A stretch of DNA of 62,642 bases, filler included, from Actinomycetota bacterium (GTDB lineage: Bacteria; Actinomycetota; Acidimicrobiia; IMCC26256; VFJJ01), in the NCBI GenBank assembly GCA_009886115.1. It is 3 parts of 3 records of this genome, joined end to end, with 100 filler letters (N's around TTAATTAATTAA, not from the genome) between each part and the next. Parts side by side here need not be neighbours in the genome. Positions count along the whole stretch, not along the records: positions 27,942 to 58,912 come from VFJJ01000093.1; 2 more parts are not named here. The stretch is one strand, 5' to 3'. Below, piece after piece: positions 27,942-38,406 of the stretch. The notes beneath the pieces were generated by a model. The model did not search any database. It had not been told where the DNA came from and saw only the letters and a program-made list of their open reading frames with translations. Positions within the stretch are counted from its first letter, which is position 1. Each line of letters opens with the position of its first letter. Made by a program: the position numbers and the translations under genes.

Positions 27942-30900
27942 GCTCGGGCGGGGGCACCCGGGCCCGCAGCGCCTGGGCGAGCGTCCGCAACCCGTCCGAC
28001 GATTCGTCGACGACCGGGAACACCCGGGCCTCGGACTGCTCGGACTGCTCGGACTGCTCGGACTGCTCGGACTGCTGGGACTGCTGGGCGCCCTCGGCGC
28101 CCGCGTCCACCGCGCCCTCGGCATCCCCGTCGTCCGCGGTGTCGTGGGCGGATGCGGCCGTGGTGGCCAGGGCCGAGTCGACCAGCCCGGGCACTGCGAT
28201 CACCCGCCGCAGCGTGCGCAGGCGAGCCACGCAGCTTGACTCGACCTCGCTCGCGAGATGTCTCGCGCTCTCGAGCTCCACCTCGAGGCGCGTGGCATCA
28301 GCGCGTGCCGTGAGCTGATCGGTGCGGGCTTGGTCGATGGCCGACGTGGCCCCGTCGAGATCGGCGCGGCTGGTCTCGACGGCGGCGACGATCTCGGCGT
28401 ATTCCACGCCGATCGTGTCCTCGAGCACCGCCAGGCGGCTGGCGTGCCGATCTCGTTCGGCCCGCCGCTCGTCGAGGCCTGTCGCGGCGGCGTGCTCGTC
28501 AGCGAGGGCTTCGCGCCACGTCTCGGCACAGCGTCTCCAGTGGTTCACGGCCCCCGCGAGGGTCGCCAGCGCCGCGTCGGCGACGTCGCAGCGAGCCGTC
28601 ACCTGCCGAGCCGTTCGCTCGACCCCGGTCAGCCCGTCCCGATCTCGAGGCAGGCGCAACGAGGCCGCCATCCGGTGGGCCTCGGCGACGGTCTCGGCGT
28701 GGGCGACCTCGGCCTCCTGTGCGGCTTGGCGGCGTTCGGCGAGACGGTCCCGTGCCGTGTCGAGCTGCTCCGTGGCGAGATCGGCACGCAGCGCGGCCTC
28801 GTCGAGCGGGCGGATCGACGGCAGATCGTCCCGCTGCTTCGCCGCTGCAGTGGCCCGCTCACCGCGGTTCTGGCGGGCCGAGGCGATCTCCGACAGACGG
28901 TCGCGCGCCTGTGCCAGGAGGTGTCGGGCCTCCGATCGCCGACGCGCGAGGGCGGCGCGACGGGCCGTCAGACCGATGTGCTCGGCCTCGTGCTTGTGAT
29001 GCCGGCCCTGGAGGGCACCCAGGCGGAACTCGCCCGAAGGCGCGATCACCGTGACCCGAAGGTCGTCCGCGGCCGCTTCATCTGTGGCCGGGGCCTCGTC
29101 CTGCTCGTCGTCCCGCTCGCCGTCCCACTCATCGAGCGAGACTGAGATCGAGGCCAAGAGAGCCGTGACCGCCTGGGCGACGGCTCCGCTGGGGTCTGCA
29201 TCGTCGGGAACGGTCACGGCGAGCAACGACGAGAGCGGCTGCGCCACGGGAGCCCGGGTCCGGGCCCGGGCCAGGAGCTGCCCGGCGACGAGCACCGTCC
29301 CGTCGTGGTTCACCTCGGCGCTCAGGAGTCCCGACGCCTCCAACGCCGCTTCGAGGCCGGCCTGCTCGGCAGGATCGAGCCCGGGGCGGAAGTCGATGCA
29401 CTCGGCCAGCGAGATCGAGCGGTCGGCGCGCTGCCAGGCAGCGGCGGGCGGGTCGGGAACCGTGCGGGCGTCGAGCTCGTCGACGAGTGCCGACAGCTCG
29501 TCGACCTCTGCTTGCTGCGTCGCCTGGTGTTGAGCGAGCTCGGCGAGGAGCCGCTGGTGGTGATCGACGAGCCGCTGGGCCGCCGAACGCAGCGCGGTGA
29601 ACACCTCGGTCCGCCGGTCGAGCAGGTCAGCGCGTTCGAGGAAGGCGGCGCGGTCGAGCAGGTCGGCGCCGGGGGGCTCGGCGCCGGGAAGCTCGGACCG
29701 TGGCACGACTCCGGCGTCGGTGGCGTTGTCGTCGGCCGCCAGCTCCACGGTCCAGGCGCGCATCGCGTCGCGCCAGCTCTCCAGCCTTCGATCCCGATCG
29801 GTCAGCGCCGCCTCGAACGCGGTGAGCGCCCGCTGCTCGTCGTCGGCAGCCACGCCCGCGGCGCGTTCGAGGTCGACGAGGGTCCGCTCGGCCCGCTCGA
29901 CGGCGCTCAGCACCACCGACATGGCGGCGACGTCTTCGAGTCGCCCGTGGACCTCGGCGCGCAACGCTGCGAGCCCGGCCCGCAGCGGCCCCTCGTCGAC
30001 ATCGCCAGCCGGGATGGCGACCGCGCCGGTCCCGTCGCCAGTCCCCTCGCCGGTCCCATCGACGATCGCCTCGACGGGGAGGACGGCGAGGACGGGTACG
30101 TCGGGGGGACGACCGTTCAGCCCGGCGTCAGCGCTCAGCTCGGTCAGTGCGAGCAGCTCGGCGCGCAACCGCTCGACGTCGAGATCATGCTGGGCCCGGG
30201 CACCGACGAGCACCCGCCGGGTCTCGCTCTGGCGCCGGGTGCGCACGGCCAGGTCGTCGACCGCCCTGGTGACCTGCCCGTCCAACGTGTGGAGATGGGC
30301 ACGTTGGTCGTTGAGCTCGGCCCCGGCCTGATACGCGTCCCTGGCGGTGAGCGCCTCGATCTCGGCCCGCAGACGCTCCTGCGTCGCGCCGAGATGGCCG
30401 ACCTCGGCGCCGATTGCCCTGAGCCGCTCGACGGTTCGCCGATGCTCTCCGTCGAGGGTGACGGCGGCTCGTCGGCGCGTGTTGGCGTCGGCGACGAGGC
30501 TGAGCGCGTCGTCGGCCCGGTGATGGATCTCGGTGCGGACGTAGCTCGCGTACTGGCCGTCGAGCGCTTCCAGGGCCGTGGCGGTACGGGCGAGATGCTC
30601 GACATTGCGGCGATGCTCTTCGAGATCCTCGAGCGGTTGTGCAGCGTCATCGAGCGCCGATTCCGAGAGGGACGGGAGGGCATCGGACAGATATGTGGGA
30701 AGGTCGACGTCGATGCGGTCGCCCACCCGGGGGTTGCGCACGATGTGCAACAAGCGCAGGTGCTGGTCGAGATCGGCGCCACCGTAAAGCCGATCGCGGA
30801 TCGCTGAGCGGTAGCCCGAGCGTTGATCCTGGGTGAAGACGCTACCGGGACCGAGCTCGACGCGCAGCGCGTCGACACTCACTGGCGTGCGCGACTCGAC

Positions 30901-31287
30901 CAGCGCCAGGTCGATGCCCGGCCGGCGGGCGGTGACGAACCACCAGGTGCTCACCCGGTCGGTCGACCGGTTGGCCCTGATCCCGCAGCCGCACGTCAGG
31001 TACTCGTCGCCCCGGCGAAGCTCGATCCACAGATAGCCGACCGGTTGGGGCTCGTCACGCCCCGAGAGCATCCACGACCGCAGCACGCCCGACTGCTCGC
31101 CGGCGGCGTCGATGCGGCGCGTGTCGGCCTCCAGGAGGAACGGCAGCAGCATGTTCATCGCGGTCGACTTGCCCGAGCCGTTCACGCCCCGCAGCAGCAG
31201 CCGTCCGCCGCCAAAGGTGAGGGTCTCGTCGCCGTACTGGTAGACGTTGACGATCCCCGCCCGGTTCAGCATCCACCTGGTCGTCAC
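27942..31287 (-). CDS. TIGR02680-type SMC-like ATPase (Wadjet type II JetC-like), 3' end cut by contig end
   Basis: RW..NRAGIVNVYQY, GRLLLRGVNGSGKS Walker A, GYLWIEL, long coiled coils, central GLEAALEASGLL and FRLG.L.G..K..AEHIG. Confidence 0.85.
28030..28083. repeat. In-frame 9-bp tandem repeat encoding (QSE)n
   Basis: CTCGGACTG x5 plus CTGGGACTG. Confidence 0.9.
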
Positions 31288-31378
31288 CGAGGCGTGGCTC
31301 CCGCCCGGACCCGGCCGACGAACCCGAACCCGAACGCATCGAGCGTGGAGCACCCCGGGAGCCGGGCGCGCAGCCCGA

Positions 31379-31442
31379 CCCCATCGAGCACCTGTCGCTC
31401 AGGGGCCACCCGTCCCCCTTCAGCGACAGGTGTTCGACGGGG
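31379..31442. terminator. Long inverted repeat between TetR 3' end and SMC gene start
   Basis: TCGAGCACCTGTCGCT...AGCGACAGGTGTTCGA (15/16) with flanking CCCC/GGGG; no U-tract. Confidence 0.45.
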
Positions 31443-31533
31443 TGGTGGGGTCCGCAGGTCGACCCGGTGGCTCGAGGGCATGGCCCATTCTGCTTCGCTG
31501 GCCCTCGCGGGCGCGGAGTCACCACGTGCTGAG

Positions 31534-32253
31534 CTACAGATCGGGCGTCGGCAGGGGCTTCGACGGAGGGTCGGCGCGTCCGCTGAACTTGGAGGGTGGG
31601 CGGTTGCCTCGGCGGATCTCGTTGAACATGGCGTCGAGCACCCAGGCAACCATGGGGCCCGACTCCTCGCCCGGCACCCCGAACTCCTCACGCATGCGCA
31701 GCCACGCTTGGGCCGACAAGAGGCAGCGGACCACCGCGGCGAGACGCTGGTGGTCTCGTTCGTCGAGCTCCGTGAACGCTCCCGCGATCACGGTATGCAA
31801 GCGCCCCGAGTGCGCTCGGGTGGCGGCTGAGAACCGGCGGGGATCGGCATTGAAGAGCGCTTCGGCCCGGGCGACGACGTGGAACTCGTCCGACGCCTCC
31901 ATGAACCGGACTGCGACGGCCTTGAGGTCGGCCCAGGTGGGGATGGCCGGCGCCCCGTCATCGAGGGGGTCGGTCCCGGTCAGATCGTGGAGCCGGTCGG
32001 AGAGACCGGCGAGGAGGGCCTCGCGATCGGGGAAATGTCGGTAGACGGTCCGTTCCGACACGCCGGCGGTTCGCGCGATCTCTCGGGTCGTGATCTCGTC
32101 GGCGCGATGCGCTTCCAGAAGGTCGGTGAGGGCGTCCAGGATGAGGTCACGCGTCTGGAGGGCCTGGCGCTCTCGCAGGGGTGAGGAGTAGCGGCGGGGA
32201 GAGATCGTGTCAGGCATGGGTGGGTGATGTCTGGTCTGCGCTCGTTCCGCCAT
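31534..32253 (-). CDS. TetR family transcriptional regulator
   Basis: RRYSSPLRERQA..TRDLILDA..TTREIARTAGVSERTVYRHFPDREALL; alternative start 32217. Confidence 0.92.
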   Translation of the reverse strand: MAERAQTRHHPPMPDTISPRRYSSPLRERQALQTRDLILDALTDLLEAHRADEITTREIARTAGVSERTVYRHFPDREALLAGLSDRLHDLTGTDPLDDGAPAIPTWADLKAVAVRFMEASDEFHVVARAEALFNADPRRFSAATRAHSGRLHTVIAGAFTELDERDHQRLAAVVRCLLSAQAWLRMREEFGVPGEESGPMVAWVLDAMFNEIRRGNRPPSKFSGRADPPSKPLPTPDL

Positions 32254-32289
32254 GATGACAGAGATGCAGCGATATTTCAAGCTTCTGTA

Positions 32290-32319
32290 TTGACAGCAGG
32301 AAACTGTCACTATTATGGT
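32290..32319 (+). promoter_or_regulatory. Sigma70-type promoter overlapped by palindromic operator
   Basis: TTGACA 32290, TATGGT 32314 (18-bp spacer); TGACAG-N7-CTGTCA at 32291-32309. Confidence 0.75.
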
Positions 32320-32348
32320 AGGCGCCACCCGAGACGGAGGCAACCTTG

Positions 32349-34019
32349 GTGAACGACGTGATCCGATCGGACGGGACCGTGGTGTTCGTCCCACCCGCAC
32401 CCGGCATGTGGGAGCTGGAGACGACGCACCACGGGTTGCGACCCCTGTCACCGTTCGTGCGGGACGCGTACCGGCGTGCGTTCGAGGACGGTACGAAGGT
32501 GCTCGTGGAGCGGTACGGGCTGCCGTTGGAGGGAGTCCGCGCCGAGTTGGTGCACGGATGCTTCTACTTCCGACCTGTCGGCCTGGGCGAGGGAGCCACG
32601 CCGAAGCCGCCTCCCCCCAAGGTCATCATGAAGCTCATCGCCCGGCTGCATCCGGGGATGCGGCGTCGAGCCCGCACCGCGGCGCAGGCATGGCAGGAGC
32701 GACGGTGGCGGCTCGAGGTCGACCAGTGGTTCAACCGCGACCGGGCCGGGATGGTCGCCCGGAACCGGGCCTTCCAGGCCGTCGATCTCGCCAGCCTCGG
32801 CCACGTCGAGCTGGCATCGCAGATCACCGAGCTGCTGGCCCATTTCGAGACCCAGGCGCGGCGAAACCTCGAGACTCACGGGGGTGACCTGATGCCCGTC
32901 GGCGATCTCGTGGCCCATTGTGAGGTATGGGGAATCGAGACCGGCGAGGCCGCCGGCCTCCTGCGCGGGAGCTCGCCAGCCACCGTCGAGACGGCGCAGC
33001 TCCTCAGCCCGGTCGCTCGCGCCCTCGCCCTCTCCCTGGGCCAAGGCGGAACCGTGCCGAGCTCCATCGAAGAGGTGCGCCAACTGGGCCCCGAGGCCAG
33101 GGAGGCAGTCGACTCGTGGCTCGAGCTGCACGCCTGGCGGCTGGTGACGAGCGACGACATCGATCGCCCGACGCTGGCCGAGATCCCAGCACTCCAACTC
33201 GCAGCCCTGTTGGCGGCGAGCGATCACGACGCGGCCGACGCATCGGCTCCCGACCCCGCGTCCGTGCGAGCCCGGGTTCCGGCAGGGGATCGCGCGCTGT
33301 TCGACGAGCTCCTGGCCGAAGCCCGTTACGGGAATCGCCAGCGTGAGGACATCCGCGGAATCTGCTGGAACTGGCCGGGCGGGCTGCTCCGACGGGCGCT
33401 GCTCGAAGCCGGGCGGCGCTTGGCGCACAAGGGCCTGCTGCACGACGTCGAGCACGTCGCCGAGCTGTCGCCCGAGGAGCTCACCGGCCTGCTGACCACT
33501 ACCGATGATTCTGGACCGAGCGCGGAGGCGGTCACCGAACGAGCTGCCAGGCGCAATCTCGTCGAGGCCGCCCCACCCCCGCGCACGTTGGGTGAGCCCG
33601 AGGCTCCGCCGCCCCTCGATGCGCTGCCTCGGGCGATGGCCCGCGCTACGGCCGCCATGATGGCCAACCTCGGCGCCGACGCGACCGCACCCCAAGCCCA
33701 GGACCTGTGCGGCGTCGGCATCGGCGGCCAGACCTACCGCGGTCGCGCCCGCGTCGTCACCGATGCTGCGGATGCCTGGGCCAGGCTCGAACAGGGCGAC
33801 GTGTTGGTCGCCTCGTTCACGGGCCCGTCGTTCAACTCGATCCTGCCGATACTGGGCGCCCTCGTGGTGGAGGAGGGTGGCCCGCTGTGCCATGCGGCCA
33901 TCGTCGCTCGCGAGTTCGGCCTGCCCGCGGTGATCGGGGTCAGGGGAGCGACCGCCCTGATCCCCGACGGCGCCATCGTCGAGGTCGATGCCGCCCGCGG
34001 AATCGTCGGCCTGCTGTGA
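32349..34019 (+). CDS. PEP-utilizing-enzyme mobile (phosphohistidine swivel) domain protein without ATP-grasp domain
   Basis: C-terminal GRARVV..GDVLV..T.P..GGPLCHAAIVAREFGLPAV; GGAGG RBS (start 32346 or 32349). Confidence 0.88.
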   Translation: MNDVIRSDGTVVFVPPAPGMWELETTHHGLRPLSPFVRDAYRRAFEDGTKVLVERYGLPLEGVRAELVHGCFYFRPVGLGEGATPKPPPPKVIMKLIARLHPGMRRRARTAAQAWQERRWRLEVDQWFNRDRAGMVARNRAFQAVDLASLGHVELASQITELLAHFETQARRNLETHGGDLMPVGDLVAHCEVWGIETGEAAGLLRGSSPATVETAQLLSPVARALALSLGQGGTVPSSIEEVRQLGPEAREAVDSWLELHAWRLVTSDDIDRPTLAEIPALQLAALLAASDHDAADASAPDPASVRARVPAGDRALFDELLAEARYGNRQREDIRGICWNWPGGLLRRALLEAGRRLAHKGLLHDVEHVAELSPEELTGLLTTTDDSGPSAEAVTERAARRNLVEAAPPPRTLGEPEAPPPLDALPRAMARATAAMMANLGADATAPQAQDLCGVGIGGQTYRGRARVVTDAADAWARLEQGDVLVASFTGPSFNSILPILGALVVEEGGPLCHAAIVAREFGLPAVIGVRGATALIPDGAIVEVDAARGIVGLL

Positions 34020-34081
34020 CTCTGCAGGCTGTCGCAGGATGTGTTGGCGCCTGAGTTGCTTCGTGCCCGAGCTCCGGCCCT

Positions 34082-34143
34082 CGTAACGGTCGTCCGGCCG
34101 CCGTGCTCATCAGCCCCGAGGAGCTCGAGTCTCTCGAGAGACC
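34082..34143 (+). pseudogene. Phd/YefM antitoxin fragment
   Basis: Reads RNGRPAAVLISPEELESLE with no start or N-terminal half. Confidence 0.6.
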
Positions 34144-34301
34144 GGCGAATACGGTGGTGGCGGGACTGTTGACGGGGCGACGCCCGGCACCGGTTCGTGG
34201 ATGATCCGCCCAGACAGATGTCGGCGCCGCCGAACAGATCATCGAGCCGAGTACCGTCAACCCGACCCGGCCGATCACTCCAGACGCCGAGGAGATCCAC
34301 G

Positions 34302-35174
34302 ATGTCCTCCAGCCAGGTCATCCCGTACCTCACTGTGCATGACGGCGCTGCGGCGCTCGAGTTCTATGCGGCGGCCTTCGGGTCGGTGGAGGTTTCTCGC
34401 GTCGTGATGGACGTCGACACGGGCCAGCTCGGCCATGCCGAGATCCGCATCGGCGACGCGACGATCTTCCTGTCGGACGAGTTCCCCGAGATGGGTGTCG
34501 TTTCGCCCCGGCGCCTCGGCGGCACTGCGGTGGCTCTCCATGTGCAGGTCGACGATGTCGACGCCGTGTTCGCAACGGCGATCGCTGCCGGAGCGCAGGC
34601 CCAGGCCAAGCCGGCCGATCAGCCCCACGGTGCCCGCCATGGCGTGCTGGTCGACCCGTTCGGTCATCGGTGGATGCTTTCCCAGCAGATCGAGCACGTA
34701 CCGCCTGCCGAGTACCGCAAGCGCATGCTCGAGCAGGGTGCCGTGGTCACCGAAGCCCGCTCCGAGGCTCGAGCTTCGGGAGGGGGGATCTGGGCGGCGC
34801 TCAACTTCGCCGACGCTCGAGCTGGGATCCGCTTCGTGGTCGATGTCTTGGGGTTCGAGGAGGACCTCGTCGTTCCGGGCGTCGACCCGAGCGTCATCGA
34901 GCACAGTCAGTTGCGCTGGCCCGAAGGCGGCGTCGTCCAGGCCGCGACGGCCAACCGGCCCGGCAACCCGTTCTCCGAACGTCCGACCGGAACCGAGAGC
35001 CTCTACGTGATCACGAGCGACCCACTGACGGTCTTCCAGCGCTGCGTCGTCGCCGGCGCCGAGGTCCTCGCCGCCCCCGAGTCACCCGAACACGACCCCG
35101 ACGGGCTCGTCTTCACCATTCGCGACCCGGAGGGCAACCTGTGGTCGTTCGGAACCTACGCGGGCTCGACGTAG
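34302..35174 (+). CDS. Tandem VOC/glyoxalase family protein
   Basis: PYLTVHD..ALEFY..HAEIRIGD..DPFGHRW and a second domain ending DPEGNLWSFGTY. Confidence 0.88.
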   Translation: MSSSQVIPYLTVHDGAAALEFYAAAFGSVEVSRVVMDVDTGQLGHAEIRIGDATIFLSDEFPEMGVVSPRRLGGTAVALHVQVDDVDAVFATAIAAGAQAQAKPADQPHGARHGVLVDPFGHRWMLSQQIEHVPPAEYRKRMLEQGAVVTEARSEARASGGGIWAALNFADARAGIRFVVDVLGFEEDLVVPGVDPSVIEHSQLRWPEGGVVQAATANRPGNPFSERPTGTESLYVITSDPLTVFQRCVVAGAEVLAAPESPEHDPDGLVFTIRDPEGNLWSFGTYAGST

Positions 35175-35238
35175 GCCAGGCCCGGGCCGAGGAGCTCGTG
35201 GTCCAGCCGGCTCGAACCCGGCACGGAGCAGGGAACCG

Positions 35239-36645
35239 TTACGTGGAGGGCATGAGGGCGGCGAGGAACTCGGCCGCCCAGGTGTGCACGTCGTGGCGTT
35301 GCACCTTCCTCCGCATCGATCGCATTGCTCGACGGGCGATCGCGGGGTCGAGTGACACGGCGGATTCGATCGCGGTTTCGAGACCCTCGGAGTCGTGCGG
35401 ATTCACCAGGAGGGCGCTCGAGAGCTCGCGTGCGGCCCCGGCGAACTCGCTCAGCACCAGGACGCCACCGTTGTCGACTCTCGACGCGACGAACTCCTTG
35501 GCCACCAGGTTCATCCCGTCGCGAAGCGGCGTGACGAGCATGACGTCGGCGGCCTGATAGAGAGCGACGACCTCGTCGAAGGGGAGGCTGCGGTGGAGGT
35601 AGTGCACGACCGGATGGCCCATCTGGCTGAACTCGCCATTGATCTCGCCCACGAGCCGCTCGATCAGCTCTCGCTGCTCGACGTAGCTCGGGACCTCCTC
35701 GCGTGACGGCACAGCGATCTGGACCATGACGCATTCGCGGGGGTCGAGCCGGCGGTCGCGCAGGAGGTGCTGGAACGCCAGCAATCGCAGGTCGATCCCC
35801 TTGGTGTAGTCGAGCCGGTCGACGCCCAACAGCATGACGCGAGGGCTGCCGAGTTGACGGCGCACGGTCGACGCCTGCGCAGCCGTGCTCGGGCTCTCGG
35901 CGATGCGATTGACCTCCTCCACGTCGATCGAGATCGGGAAGGCCCGAACGTCGATGTTCCGTCCTTCGTGGTGCAACGTTCGTGTCGATCCCGACACCCC
36001 GACGACGCGCTGGGCGAGCCGAGCGAAGTTCTGGGCGGCGACGGGATGCTGGAACCCCACGACGTCGGCGCCGAGCAGGCCGTCAAGGATCTCGTGGCGC
36101 CAGGGGAGCTGCATGAAGAGCTCGGGAGGCGGGTAGGGGATGTGGAGGAAGAAGCCGATCCGCAGATCGGGCCGGAGGCTCCGCAGCATCGCAGGGACGA
36201 GCTGGAGCTGATAGTCGTGCACCCACACCAAGGCGTTGGGGGCGGCCACGCGTGCCGCTCGCTCGGCATAGCGCTCGTTGACGACCACATAGGCGTCCCA
36301 CCACTCCTGATGGAACTCGGGCGGGCGGATCGCGTCGTGGTAGAGGGGCCACAGCGTGGCGTTCGAGAACCCCTCGTAGAACAGCTCGTATTCGGAGCGG
36401 CTCAGAGCGACGGGATGCAGGCGCATGCCCTCGTGATCGAACGGCTCGGGGACGGGTCCGAGGAACCCGGGCCATCCCACCCATGCTCCCGCCCGGGCCG
36501 ACAGCACCGGAGCCAAGGCTCCCACCAGGCCGCCGGGACTGGTCTCCCAGCCGTGGGGACGGCGAGAGGCGCCGCCGGTGCCGCGACTCACCGGGAGCCG
36601 ATTGGCCACCACCACCAGTTCGGTGGCCTCGACGACCACGCTCAT
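35239..36645 (-). CDS. otsA: Trehalose-6-phosphate synthase
   Basis: [49 protein letters not shown]. Confidence 0.95.
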   Translation of the reverse strand: MSVVVEATELVVVANRLPVSRGTGGASRRPHGWETSPGGLVGALAPVLSARAGAWVGWPGFLGPVPEPFDHEGMRLHPVALSRSEYELFYEGFSNATLWPLYHDAIRPPEFHQEWWDAYVVVNERYAERAARVAAPNALVWVHDYQLQLVPAMLRSLRPDLRIGFFLHIPYPPPELFMQLPWRHEILDGLLGADVVGFQHPVAAQNFARLAQRVVGVSGSTRTLHHEGRNIDVRAFPISIDVEEVNRIAESPSTAAQASTVRRQLGSPRVMLLGVDRLDYTKGIDLRLLAFQHLLRDRRLDPRECVMVQIAVPSREEVPSYVEQRELIERLVGEINGEFSQMGHPVVHYLHRSLPFDEVVALYQAADVMLVTPLRDGMNLVAKEFVASRVDNGGVLVLSEFAGAARELSSALLVNPHDSEGLETAIESAVSLDPAIARRAMRSMRRKVQRHDVHTWAAEFLAALMPST

Positions 36646-36813
36646 CAAGGCACCAGCGTGGGCTACCGGCTGCTCGATGTCCAATTGGCTGGTCGCGAGC
36701 GCCGTCGCGAGCCACCGGCCGCGATGAGCGCGATGGGCCTCGGTCTCCGCATGGCGTTCGAATACCGGTGACAGCGTCGGCGACACGTACTGGTCACCCT
36801 GCTGGTCACAGTG

Positions 36814-36885
36814 TCGGGGAGGGGGGATTTGAACCCCCGACCGCCTGCACCCAAAGCAGGTGCGCTACCTCTGCGCTACTCCCCG
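36814..36885 (-). tRNA. tRNA-Pro(TGG)
   Basis: CGGGGAG/CTCCCCG acceptor stem, CCTGC-TT TGG GT-GCAGG, GGTTCAAATCC. Confidence 0.95.
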
Positions 36886-36976
36886 GTCGTGAATCTGGTG
36901 CAGTCTAAGGAGTTCTCGGGCCCGTCCGACGATATGCGCCGAGCCTGGGTCGGGCGGACATGCCACGATTCCGTTC

Positions 36977-37440
36977 GTGCAACCCGAGCGATGGACGAGG
37001 GAGGGCATCGTCGACGATCTGCGTCGGATCGGTGTCGGTGCCGGCGATCTCCTCATGGTGCACGCGTCGTTGCGTGCCGTCGGCCCCGTCGAGGGGGACT
37101 GCTTGGTGACGCCCACCGAACCGGCAGTCGGGGTGCTGGCCGAGGTCTTCCGGACTCGGCGGCCCACGCGGGTCAGTGTCCATCCCGAGGGGCGATTCGG
37201 AGCCGCCGGGCCGCCGGCCCGGCCGGTCCGGAGCTGCGCGCGGTCGAGACGCTCGACGATTCCGATGGCATCGTCGAGCACCCGGGCGAGGACTACTTCG
37301 CGACGATCCTGCGCCAGTACCTCGCAACCGGCCGGGCAATGACCGGTGCCGTCGGGGGCGCGACGAGCGAGCTCGTCGACGCCGACGACATCGTGCGCTT
37401 CGCCGTGGTGTGGATGGCAGACCACCTCGTGAGCCGATGA
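36977..37440 (+). pseudogene. AAC(3)-family N-acetyltransferase remnant with internal deletions
   Basis: DLRRIGV..GDLLMVHASLRAVGPVEG joined to VGVLAEVFR..S.HPEGRF; C-terminus EDYF..G.VGGA.SEL.DA in another frame. Confidence 0.8.
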
Positions 37441-37459
37441 CCGTGCCCGGCGACGCAAC

Positions 37460-37490
37460 GGGATCGGAGCCCTCGGGGAGCTCCGATCCC
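37460..37490. terminator. Hairpin between convergent genes
   Basis: GGGATCGGAGC...GCTCCGATCCC 11-bp stem. Confidence 0.55.
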
Positions 37491-37500
37491 AGCACCGGTG

Positions 37501-38331
37501 TCACTTCTGGGTGGCGCCGGCGTCGATCGGGATGCTGGCGCCGGTGACGTAGCGGGCCTCGTCGGAGGCGAGGAACAACACGGCGTTGGTGATGTCGATG
37601 GCCTCGACCCAGGGCACGGGGAGCATGTTCATGGTCATGAACGCCTCGGCCGCGTCGTCGAGGGTCGGGGCCTCGAGGTCGGGGCGGAACAGGCCGCGGA
37701 TCTCGGGGTTGTCGACCATGGCCGTGCTGACGGTCGTGGGATGCACCGTGTTCACGCGGATGCGGTGCGGTGCCAGCTCGTTGGCCAGGCTGCGCATGAG
37801 CCCCACGACGCCGTGCTTGGCCGCGGCGTAGTGCGACAGGTTCAGGAATCCCTTGATGCCGGCCGTCGAGCTGGTGAGGATGACCGAGCCGCCCCGACCT
37901 CCGGCGATGATGTGGGGGATGGCCGCCTTGCACGTGTGCCAGACGCCGGTGAGGTTGATGTCGATCATCTCGCGCCAGGCCTCGGTGCTGAGCTCGATCG
38001 AGGGGCCCGAAGAAGCAATGCCGGCGTTTCCGCAGACGATGTCGAGGCGCCCGAGCTCGGCGACGCCGGCATCGACGGCCGCCTTGGTGGCGTCGTAATC
38101 GCGAACGTCGGCCTGGGTGGCGATGATCCGACGGTCGAGCTTCTCGACGAGCGCCACGGTCTCGGCCAGGTCGTCGGGCGACGACATGGCGTACGACACC
38201 GTGTCGACCCGGGCGCAGATGTCGGTGGCGATGATGTCGGCGCCCTCCTCGGCGAACCTCACTGCGTGGCTGCGTCCTTGGCCACGCCCGGCGCCGGTGA
38301 TGAACGCGACCTTGCCATCGAGCCGTCCCAT
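37501..38331 (-). CDS. Mycofactocin-coupled-type SDR oxidoreductase
   Basis: TGAGRGQGRSHAV, DIC insertion ..DDLAET, HYAAAKHG, HPTTV. Confidence 0.9.
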   Translation of the reverse strand: MGRLDGKVAFITGAGRGQGRSHAVRFAEEGADIIATDICARVDTVSYAMSSPDDLAETVALVEKLDRRIIATQADVRDYDATKAAVDAGVAELGRLDIVCGNAGIASSGPSIELSTEAWREMIDINLTGVWHTCKAAIPHIIAGGRGGSVILTSSTAGIKGFLNLSHYAAAKHGVVGLMRSLANELAPHRIRVNTVHPTTVSTAMVDNPEIRGLFRPDLEAPTLDDAAEAFMTMNMLPVPWVEAIDITNAVLFLASDEARYVTGASIPIDAGATQK

Positions 38332-38406
38332 TGCGTATCCCCAGTCGCTGGTTGGTGTTTCGAGATCGTGCCGTCATGTCGACCACCGCGAACGCACAGC
38401 CACGTC

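Noticed and set aside
32349..34019. Rifampicin phosphotransferase or PEP synthase
   Set aside because: ATP-grasp domain absent; only the swivel domain is clearly recognisable.
36977..37440. Functional aminoglycoside resistance gene
   Set aside because: Internal deletions and a frameshift remove the core.
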